A DNA stretch of 47,429 nucleotides from Candidatus Zixiibacteriota bacterium. Its GTDB lineage: Bacteria; Zixibacteria; MSB-5A5; DASWLN01. The stretch covers positions 1 to 47,429 of the forward strand of contig DASWLN010000038.1 of the NCBI GenBank assembly GCA_036396115.1, read 5' to 3'. Shown one piece after another: positions 8,118 to 16,109 of the stretch. Below the pieces are notes generated by a model. It saw only the letters and a list, made by a program, of their open reading frames with translations, had not been told where the DNA came from and made no database searches. The position numbers and the translations under genes were made by a program. Position 1 is the first letter of the stretch; each line of letters begins with the position of its first letter.

Positions 8118-9272
8118 ATGACTAAGATATTGCTTGATTTACTAATAATGTTTGCCGCAGCGAAGTTGTTGGGCGAGGTCTTTGAGCGGTTTAAATTGCC
8201 GGCGGTGATTGGTGAGATTCTGGCTGGGGTTTGTCTGGGACCCTATGTCTTACATATCATCACTCCGACTGAATTCTATCATGTTTTGGCTGAAATTGGG
8301 GTGATCATCCTTCTTTTCTATGTCGGTCTCCAAACTGGTATAGATGAAATGATCAAGGTAGGAAAGAACTCCATTTCAGTAGCTATACTGGGAGTCGTCC
8401 TGCCTTTTATTCTCGGATACGCTTATATTCTATTTAGTGGGCATAGTGCAGTTGAAGGAATGTTCATTGGTGCGGCTATGGTAGCAACCAGCGTGGGCAT
8501 AACTGCCAGGGTTATGGCCGATTTGAATGTTTTAGACAAAAAAGTGAGCAAGGTCATTCTCGCCGCGGCAGTGGCAGACGATATCATGGGGATGATCGTT
8601 TTGGCTATAGTTACTGGTATGGGAAAAGGAACCCTGTCTTATCTGAATATAATTCTGGTTATTCTGGAGGCAGTAGTATTTGTAATATTTTTGATGGTTA
8701 TTGGGCACAGAGTAATCAGGCGCGTAACCCCTGGAGTGGATTCGCTTAAGACAAGAAACGCCCCCTTTGCTTTTGCTATAATCTTGTGTTTAGCCCTTTC
8801 AGTTTTAGCTGGATATATCAAATTGGCAGCCATTGTGGGCGCTTTTATGGCCGGGATGGTTCTCTCAGAGTTTAATATCCGCTTCCGTTTAACCCTAAAG
8901 ATGGAATCCCTCTATGATTTTTTGGTTCCTTTCTTCTTCGTGGTAATGGGAGCAAATGTGGATTTGACAGTATTCGGCAAATGGAGCATCTTGGGTTTGG
9001 CTTTGATTTTGACTTTTCTGGCTATTATAGGAAAGTTGATTGGATGTAGTCTGGGAGCAATGAATCTGGGTTTCAGACAGGCGACCATTATTGGCGTCGG
9101 AATGGTGCCGCGGGGTGAAGTGGGAATGATAGTTGCCTCAATTGGCCTGAGTTTGGAGACTATTTCCAGAGACCTTTATTCAGTGGTCATATTTATGGTA
9201 GTGATGACAACCGTCTTGACTCCTCCGATACTGAGGATGCTCTTGAGCAGATGGAGAGGATTTTTATCTTAA
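8118..9272 (+). CDS. Cation:proton antiporter (CPA2, NapA/KefB-like membrane domain)
   Basis: About 12 hydrophobic segments. GEILAGVCLGP, AMVATSVGIT, AAVADDI and GMVPRGEVG motifs. Confidence 0.9.
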   Translation: MTKILLDLLIMFAAAKLLGEVFERFKLPAVIGEILAGVCLGPYVLHIITPTEFYHVLAEIGVIILLFYVGLQTGIDEMIKVGKNSISVAILGVVLPFILGYAYILFSGHSAVEGMFIGAAMVATSVGITARVMADLNVLDKKVSKVILAAAVADDIMGMIVLAIVTGMGKGTLSYLNIILVILEAVVFVIFLMVIGHRVIRRVTPGVDSLKTRNAPFAFAIILCLALSVLAGYIKLAAIVGAFMAGMVLSEFNIRFRLTLKMESLYDFLVPFFFVVMGANVDLTVFGKWSILGLALILTFLAIIGKLIGCSLGAMNLGFRQATIIGVGMVPRGEVGMIVASIGLSLETISRDLYSVVIFMVVMTTVLTPPILRMLLSRWRGFLS

Positions 9273-9275
9273 GTT

Positions 9276-10000
9276 GTAGAGGTTAGATTTATCCCGCCTG
9301 TGGCGGGATTTACCCGACCTAATGCCTCTCTTAAACCCCTCCTGACCTCCCCTTATCAGGGGAGGAAAACGTTTCGCATCCACCTGACAATTAGGTGAGG
9401 AACGGTTTTTGTCCCCCTGACAAGTGGGTTACAGGGGGTTAACAGTTTGTAGGTCTTGATGCTTCAGGAATAGGAATTTTCCGCTTTTAGCGGAATCTTG
9501 GTGACCCGAACCGTATCGTAATTTCGTGCAGGAATTCCAATTCCTGCACGAACTAAACGCATCGGTACTTCTCCTCCGCCAAAGGCGAGAGATCTTGAGA
9601 CCAATGCCGATACATCAAGAATCTCCCCTAACCCTCGCCTCGATTCGGCCCGCCTCGGCGAGCCATCGGCGAGACGGGCGAAGCGGGCCTCTTTTGCAAA
9701 GAGGGGAACAAAAATCCCCCTTTGACAAAGGGGGAAAACAGGGGGATTTTATGGTTTGCAGGTTTTTCCGGTTTGCGGATTATTCTGATGTTTCGGGAAT
9801 AGGAATTCCCGAAGGCACCTCCATCGGCATTTCTCCTCCGCCAAAGGCGAGAGATCTTGAGACTAATACCGACGCATCAAACGGGGTAAGCAATGGCTGC
9901 GCCGTTGCTTCTTTGGGAACGGTGCCGTAAACCATGCGGTTCATGGCGGTGCCATGAACCAATGCGGTTTATGGCGGTGCAACCGTTCCCTACCCGCTGC
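9276..10000. repeat. Large intergenic mosaic of nested palindromic repeats
   Basis: Contains the 17-bp TCCCGCCTGTGGCGGGA insert (9292-9308), DUF559-end-type hairpins (9336-9365, 9717-9748), 59-bp direct repeats (9560-9618, 9822-9880) and tandem 22/23-bp micro-inserts (9925-9974). Confidence 0.85.
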
Positions 10001-10087
10001 CCAAGGTGGCTTAAGTGTCAATCTTATTTGCTCAGAAGGCTCGCCGAAATAGAGCTAACACATTTTACAGAGAAGTTACATTTTTGC

Positions 10088-10115
10088 TTGACAAGAAAGA
10101 TTGGCTTATTATATT
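10088..10115 (+). promoter_or_regulatory. Putative sigma70 promoter of the surface-protein operon
   Basis: TTGACA-16 bp-TATATT, about 215 bp upstream of the first start codon. Confidence 0.55.
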
Positions 10116-10330
10116 AAATCTAATTTTGTGGCTTTAAACCAAAATAGGGCTTTTGAAAAGTGGATGTAATTTTGATGTGTCCCTCTTTGAGGAGAGGCTT
10201 TAGTTTTTCGAATCTTTTCTATCATTTCAAGAAAGAAAACACCAATCTGAGAAATCAAAAATAGTTAGTCAGTTTCAGTGAGGGGATTTTGTTCGTAAAT
10301 TCTTAATATAATCGTTACAGGAGGTGCCAA

Positions 10331-12172
10331 GTGAGATTTACAAGTAAGCTGCTTATAATTTCGATTTTGTTTATTCTGTTTGTTATTCCCTGCGGTGTTG
10401 CATATAGTCAGGACCCAACTATATGGTATGTGACTTTTGATCCGGGGATAGGAGATTACACTTTGCCTAAACCTAATTCTATTTCAGCTTTCATCTGGTT
10501 CCCTGAAATAGCAGATATGGACACTACGATTTATTATCCTTTAACTTTTACATTAGACGGTTTACTCATATATAATTGGGAGCCAAATTCAGAGTTTGTC
10601 CAAAGCGGATATAATGTTACTTCAAATAAATATTTCCATAGACCGGAATACGCTAGCTATGATGTTTTGGATTCGATTCGATTAGATATTGAGTTGACTG
10701 ATAGTCTGTCACTTGGGGCCCATGAGTGGAAAGTAGAGCTGTGGCTTGTGGATTGGCCCTTTGAGCCTTGGTTTGCAGGAGCAAAGACCTTTTATGCTGA
10801 TACTGTCTGGTATGCTCCATCTGAAGCAACATCTCTCGCTTTGATTCCTGAAAAGGATCACTACACCTGTAACTCACCTAAATTTGAAGCGGCATTCAGT
10901 TCTCTGCCCGGATACCAATTGATTGATACTACTGTAAAGTTTACTCTATATGCTCCCAACGAAACTTTAGATGTCTATGATGGCTCCAGAGATACAGCAG
11001 TTTTAGATGGGTATTATGCCAGATCGGATGTCGCTCAGTTAAAATTATTCATTGAAGTTGACGATGAGCAAACCCTTTTAGATAGCAGTCAGTATTCCTA
11101 TGAGATTTCAGCCATAGCCGTATCTCTTACGTTACCACGGATAATATACTCTAAGGAGGATACCTTTTCAGTCGGAAATCTTACGACGCCCAAGGAGATC
11201 ATCCCACAGTCTTTTTCCTATGTTGGTCCTAGGCCCGAATTCTATTATACGATTGGAAGGTCCGGCACTGCTCTGGATACCACTAACATCTACTTGGATT
11301 TATTCTACGTGACGTTCGATTATGACACAGTCGGAGATAGCACCATAGAGAAGAGAAACTATCTTAAGACTATCTATCCCAATCAGATGTCGAAATTCGC
11401 AACTGATACAGTAAAAGTAGCAACCAATCTGGAACTGATTGACATGGCTGCTATGGATGTGTTGGTTTGTGGACAAGCAGACCAATATGCGCGTCAAGGC
11501 TATGAGAATTTTGTCCCCTATACTTTAAGAATGGGGTATATGGATACCGTATCTAACAAAAGAGGACCGGCTTATAAAAGATTTATTGTAGACAGGGTTT
11601 CGCCACAGATAACTATGCTGGATTCAACTGATAAGGCGTGGAAATTCCACATACAGGATGGCGGTTCGGGAGTGAACAACAGCTCAGTCGTAGTTACGCA
11701 GAATGGTCAAAAAGTAACAAATGATGCTCTTGTTCAGTATAACCCAACTACGCACATTTTAACTTATTATCCCCTGACCCTGGATGCACTGTTTACACTT
11801 GAAGCCGAAGATAATGTTGGAAATGAGGGCAGTTATTCCACTTATGTGAAGAGTGGTAGATTGATTGCTTATGATATGCATAGTTATCCTAATCCCTTCA
11901 ATCCTACCAAAGGGGAAGAAGCCACAATTGTCCTAAGCTCAAATAGACCAGACAATCAAGCTCTGGAGATAACAGCCAGGGTCTGTGATTTAGCAGGGAA
12001 ACATGTAGCCACCCTGAAGCAGAATGCAGGTAAGCTATTATGGAATGGCAAGACAGATGGAGGAGAATTGGTGGCAAATGGAGTATATCTGTGTTACGTG
12101 AGCATAAGGGATTTGAATGATTTAACTGTCCAGAATTATCTTTTGAAAATAGCCGTGGTTAAGAAAGATTAG
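10331..12172 (+). CDS. Secreted surface protein A with C-terminal FlgD-Ig/T9SS-like sorting domain
   Basis: Signal peptide ending ..AYS-Q. C-terminus SYPNPFNP...CDLAGKHV...LWNGKTDGGELVANGVYLCYV...KIAVVKKD. CAGGAGG RBS. Confidence 0.8.
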   Translation: MRFTSKLLIISILFILFVIPCGVAYSQDPTIWYVTFDPGIGDYTLPKPNSISAFIWFPEIADMDTTIYYPLTFTLDGLLIYNWEPNSEFVQSGYNVTSNKYFHRPEYASYDVLDSIRLDIELTDSLSLGAHEWKVELWLVDWPFEPWFAGAKTFYADTVWYAPSEATSLALIPEKDHYTCNSPKFEAAFSSLPGYQLIDTTVKFTLYAPNETLDVYDGSRDTAVLDGYYARSDVAQLKLFIEVDDEQTLLDSSQYSYEISAIAVSLTLPRIIYSKEDTFSVGNLTTPKEIIPQSFSYVGPRPEFYYTIGRSGTALDTTNIYLDLFYVTFDYDTVGDSTIEKRNYLKTIYPNQMSKFATDTVKVATNLELIDMAAMDVLVCGQADQYARQGYENFVPYTLRMGYMDTVSNKRGPAYKRFIVDRVSPQITMLDSTDKAWKFHIQDGGSGVNNSSVVVTQNGQKVTNDALVQYNPTTHILTYYPLTLDALFTLEAEDNVGNEGSYSTYVKSGRLIAYDMHSYPNPFNPTKGEEATIVLSSNRPDNQALEITARVCDLAGKHVATLKQNAGKLLWNGKTDGGELVANGVYLCYVSIRDLNDLTVQNYLLKIAVVKKD

Positions 12173-12202
12173 TTAGATAGATTCTCACTCAGGAGGTGGT
12201 TA

Positions 12203-14206
12203 ATGAGAAAGTTGAGCAAGTCGGTTATGCTGATAGGTGTGATTTTTCTGATATTCGGCTGGAGTGGCGTCTCTTTTGCCGAATATGAGGTATTTTTTGT
12301 TCCATCCTTCCAAGATAGTTTTACCACGACAAGGCCTGAAATCAGAATCAAGTTTCCCAAGGGAGGGGTGGGCCCAACTAAGGTAGCAATTGATACACTA
12401 AAGCGTTGCGCAAACGAGCCCTACTATGGTTTCATTGATTCTACTGGTAGATTCCCAAGACTAGATTCGATATATTACACAAAAACAAGTCCAGCTGATA
12501 CAATAGTTCGTGCCGGGTTCGGTGACTCTATGTATCAGACAGATGGGTATAATGTCTTGTGCCTTTTCTGGGATACCGCCACGGCACTTCCAGCCAGAGA
12601 TTCAGCAAGTGGCAAACCGGCCTATGCACTAAAGGTTGATTCAGCCGGCACCGTCTTCCGTTATCCGCTAACCCCCTGCAAGTATAATGTTTCCCGTGCT
12701 GGCGAGCTTGTGGTTAAACCGGCTCATAAGTCCAACGACTATACTAACCGTACTCCTATATTCCAAGCGGAGTTCTCTATTTTTAAGGAGGTCAAAGGTG
12801 ATACTACCTGGTATGATGGAGTATTTCTTGACACCAACTTAACGGTTGTCTTAAAAGCTACTGGGATAACAGACACTTTGTACGATTACAAGAGATTTCC
12901 GCAGTTGCGACCAGGTCTGATTGGTAATCTAAGAAAAATTCATCCGGGTAAGATGGTGTTTACTATCAGCTGGCTTGACACCTCTTACTATCTACCTCTG
13001 GACATGACCAAAGCATATATTGACAGCGTAACGGGAGGGGTGTGGGATTATCAAGGTCTTAGTATTATTTGCGGCTCTCCTCCACTTGGTTACAGTCCTA
13101 GGGGAGTAGCTGACACTTTCTGGGTTGATGGAACTCCACCCGAGATGGAATTACAGGAGATGAACTACGTCAGCAAATCCCCATATTTCTTGCTCAAGGC
13201 ATCGGATGCCAAAGCCGGAGTAAATACTGACTCCCTCTTTGTTGACCTGTATAAAGTCGAACTTTATGGTGAAGCCCCTCCGGATGATAGCGTGGAAGAT
13301 AGAAGTTATCTGAAGAGCTTGCAGGTTGAAGGGCTCGATCCATCATTAGGGAGTGTTTTAGTGAATACCGGAGTTGAATTGGAAGATGTGGAGGGTGGTA
13401 TGGCTTTGGATGTCTGGGTGTTCAATGGTAGACCGTTTGATGTGAATGAGTATATGACAAACTTAGATGCCGTCTATCCGGACAGCTTAGGTCCGATGGA
13501 TGGGGCAGGAAATCTGATTACCCCTCTGTATAAACGTTTTTATGTGGACGGGATACCGGCGAACGTAAGATTATCTTCAAACTCCACTCACGAGATTAGG
13601 ATTTTTGAAATCTCCGATACCTCCTCGTGTTATCAAGTTGATACTTTAGGACACGTTGAAATCCTTTGCTCAGGAGTAAACACTGCCAGCGTCAAGTTGT
13701 ACGAGAATTTCCAACTAGTCACTCCTGATTCAACCAAGTACAACTCGTCAAGTGGAGCTTACTCTGTCTACTATAGTCCAACTTCGGAGAATGTATGGAT
13801 AAATCTGGATGTGGCAGACAAAGTGGGTAACATAGCTACTTATCAGAACTATTACGAAGATGACCAGCTGAACTTGGTGGAGCCGCATAATTATCCCAAT
13901 CCTTTTAGCCCGGTTAGTCCCATAGTTGACCACCGCAGGACAGTCATAGACCCGGGGTTAACCAGAACAACTGATATGGAATTGACAATCGATATCTATG
14001 ACTTAGCCGGACACCATGTTGTTTCGGTTACTCCGAATATGGCGGATGGAGGCAGAGGGTATTGGGATGGTAGGACAAAAGATGGCACTCTGGTGGCCAA
14101 TGGAGTCTATCTGTGCTATATTCAGGCAAGGGATACAGCCCAAAATAAGACTTTGACTGAAGTAATTAAAATAGCAGTGGCAAAAAATGATAAGAGAATA
14201 TTTTAA
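12203..14206 (+). CDS. Secreted surface protein B, paralog of A, with C-terminal FlgD-Ig/T9SS-like sorting domain
   Basis: Signal peptide ending ..SFA-E. C-terminus NYPNPFSP...YDLAGHHV...WDGRTKDGTLVANGVYLCYI...KIAVAKND. Colinear similarity to A (YKRFxVD, SGVNxxSV, AxDxVGN). Confidence 0.8.
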   Translation: MRKLSKSVMLIGVIFLIFGWSGVSFAEYEVFFVPSFQDSFTTTRPEIRIKFPKGGVGPTKVAIDTLKRCANEPYYGFIDSTGRFPRLDSIYYTKTSPADTIVRAGFGDSMYQTDGYNVLCLFWDTATALPARDSASGKPAYALKVDSAGTVFRYPLTPCKYNVSRAGELVVKPAHKSNDYTNRTPIFQAEFSIFKEVKGDTTWYDGVFLDTNLTVVLKATGITDTLYDYKRFPQLRPGLIGNLRKIHPGKMVFTISWLDTSYYLPLDMTKAYIDSVTGGVWDYQGLSIICGSPPLGYSPRGVADTFWVDGTPPEMELQEMNYVSKSPYFLLKASDAKAGVNTDSLFVDLYKVELYGEAPPDDSVEDRSYLKSLQVEGLDPSLGSVLVNTGVELEDVEGGMALDVWVFNGRPFDVNEYMTNLDAVYPDSLGPMDGAGNLITPLYKRFYVDGIPANVRLSSNSTHEIRIFEISDTSSCYQVDTLGHVEILCSGVNTASVKLYENFQLVTPDSTKYNSSSGAYSVYYSPTSENVWINLDVADKVGNIATYQNYYEDDQLNLVEPHNYPNPFSPVSPIVDHRRTVIDPGLTRTTDMELTIDIYDLAGHHVVSVTPNMADGGRGYWDGRTKDGTLVANGVYLCYIQARDTAQNKTLTEVIKIAVAKNDKRIF

Positions 14207-14232
14207 CCATTAAACCAAGGGAGAGTGAGAAG

Positions 14233-15150
14233 ATGTCAAACTTCATTAGAAACATTGTTCTCCTTGCTATTGTTTTTAGTATGCTTTGTGTTCCTCCCCT
14301 CTTAGCAGATGATAACCATGCCATGCCAGTGCTGAGAATGGGTGTAGGGGCCAGGGCTTTGGGTATGGGTGGAGCTTATATTGCGGAGGTGAAGGACGCT
14401 TCAGCCACCTATTGGAACCCAGCTGGCTTAACCGAGATGGAACATCTCAACATAACCGGGATGTTCTCATCCGAGATGTCTTATGAGAGGAATCATAATT
14501 TCCTGGCTTACGGTAGAAAATTCGGTTTCGGCGCTTTGGCTATGGGCTGGATATCCCATGAGGTTAGAGGAGTTCATGGATATAGCTATGAGAATCTGCC
14601 TACCAGCACATTCAGGGAGGTAGATAATGTATTTATGTTCTCCTACGCCAGAAAGATCGGAAAATTCTCCTCCGGAGCAAATTTTAAGATAGTTGACCAA
14701 AGGATGGGAGATTACTTAAGCGAAACCGGCATCGGATTCGACCTGGGGGTGCGTTATTCTTATAACGACGATCTTGTTTTCGGTGCAGTGGTAAAAGATA
14801 TTGCCACTAAGGTTGGCGGCTGGACCGGAAAATATGAAGTCTGGAAGGATAGAGTTCCAGCTAACTTCGGAGTAGGAGCAGTAGTCTATCCTTACGCTGG
14901 TTTCACTTTCCCGGTGGATGTCTACAAAGTTGAGGGCAGAGAGGATATGGCACTCCATTTCGGCGGAGAATATACCTATAAACTTGAAGAAAAATACTCC
15001 TTCAGCCTTCGCGCTGGCTCAAATGACGGCCAAATAGCTTTTGGATTTGGTCTGAAGTTTGTGAAATTCACCATAGATTACGCTTTTATGAACGAACAGC
15101 AGGATTTCTTAAAGGAGAATCACAAATTCTCCTTCTCGGCTGATTTTTAG
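14233..15150 (+). CDS. PorV/PorQ family outer-membrane beta-barrel
   Basis: GVGARALGMGGAY..YWNPAGL N-terminal signature, alternating beta-strands, C-terminal Phe (FSFSADF). Confidence 0.85.
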   Translation: MSNFIRNIVLLAIVFSMLCVPPLLADDNHAMPVLRMGVGARALGMGGAYIAEVKDASATYWNPAGLTEMEHLNITGMFSSEMSYERNHNFLAYGRKFGFGALAMGWISHEVRGVHGYSYENLPTSTFREVDNVFMFSYARKIGKFSSGANFKIVDQRMGDYLSETGIGFDLGVRYSYNDDLVFGAVVKDIATKVGGWTGKYEVWKDRVPANFGVGAVVYPYAGFTFPVDVYKVEGREDMALHFGGEYTYKLEEKYSFSLRAGSNDGQIAFGFGLKFVKFTIDYAFMNEQQDFLKENHKFSFSADF

Positions 15151-15171
15151 AAGTCGAAATGAGCCAAAACT

Positions 15172-15203
15172 AAAAACCCTCCCGCTTCAGCAGGAGGGTT
15201 TTT
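15172..15203. terminator. Intrinsic (bidirectional-type) terminator
   Basis: AAAAACCCTCC-loop-GGAGGGTTTTT, 22 bp after the PorV-like stop. Confidence 0.85.
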
Positions 15204-15208
15204 GTATT

Positions 15209-15530
15209 GTAGGGGTCGCATTCCCTGGCCATGGAGGTCGAGCGGGGTGTGAACCGTTCTGGTTCACACCGGGGAAGAACGGGTAGGCTGACTTGGTCCC
15301 GCATTTTGCGGGATCGGGTGAGGAAACCCGGCAGGTACAATGGTCCGCACAGGGATAAATTCCCTGTGCTACGAATATAACATGTCGTAGGTGTGGGAAT
15401 TTCGTTGGTTCGGGAATTGGATTTCCCGAACCACTTGTGAGCGGGAATTCCACAGGTAGACAAATGTATTAATCTTCTTTGTGTCGGGTAGCTCGCCAAA
15501 TGGCTCACAACCCGACCTACAGTGTCTAAA
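15209..15530. repeat. Cluster of GTAG-type palindromic repeats
   Basis: 15222-15296 matches the reverse complement of about 47262-47307, with a 23-bp insert at 15247-15269. Also TTCGGGAATTGGATTTCCCGAA and GGTCGGG..CCCGACCTAC-type hairpins. Confidence 0.75.
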
Positions 15531-15625
15531 GAAAATAGAGAGAAGATACTGGGCAAAGGTTTGAAGGGAGCTTACCGAATCATAAATCAAAGCGCTGTAA
15601 AAAACCCGTAATAAAGGAAGAATTT

Positions 15626-16108
15626 ATGAAAACAGAACAATATAAAATTCAGGTGCCAGAGGGGGCTAATCTCATCTTGGGGCAGACCCATTTTATTAAG
15701 ACAGCTGAGGACTTATATGAGATTCTAGTAAGTTCGGTTCCCAACATAAAATTCGGCTTAGCTTTTTGTGAAGCGTCTGGCCCCTGTCTGGTCAGGCACG
15801 AAGGGAACGATGAGAAATTAAGGAGTTTGGCTAAGAAAACGGCTTTTGAGATAGGTGCTGGACATATTTTTGTCATCTTCATCGAAGATGCTTATCCCAT
15901 AAATGTATTAAGGGGAATCAAGGAGTGCGCAGAAGTATGTAGCATATTCTGTGCCACAGCTAACCCAGTTGAACTTCTAATAGCCCAGACCGAACAGGGA
16001 AGGGGAGTAATTGGAGTGGTGGACGGTTTCTCTCCCAAAGGCATAGAGGAAGACAAAGATATTAAAGAGAGAAAACAGTTCTTAAGAAAAATAGGGTATA
16101 AGCTCTGA
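15626..16108 (+). CDS. Adenosine-specific kinase family protein (DUF355)
   Basis: NLILGQTHFIKTAEDLYE, GLAFCEASGPCLVR, CSIFCATANP, GRGVIGVVDG. Confidence 0.9.
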   Translation: MKTEQYKIQVPEGANLILGQTHFIKTAEDLYEILVSSVPNIKFGLAFCEASGPCLVRHEGNDEKLRSLAKKTAFEIGAGHIFVIFIEDAYPINVLRGIKECAEVCSIFCATANPVELLIAQTEQGRGVIGVVDGFSPKGIEEDKDIKERKQFLRKIGYKL

Positions 16109-16109
16109 A

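Noticed and set aside
9560-9880. Possible CRISPR array from the direct repeats
   Set aside because: Only two 59-bp copies about 200 bp apart, the intervening DNA is itself repetitive, and there are no cas genes.
9526-10117. ORFs 9526-9930, 9780-9962 and 9893-10117
   Set aside because: They lie almost wholly within the repeat mosaic and have no RBS or domain.
15170-15590. ORFs at 15170-15556, 15187-15453 and 15369-15590, or a structured ncRNA
   Set aside because: The region decomposes into a terminator plus repeat families found elsewhere in the window, for example the reverse complement of 47262-47307.
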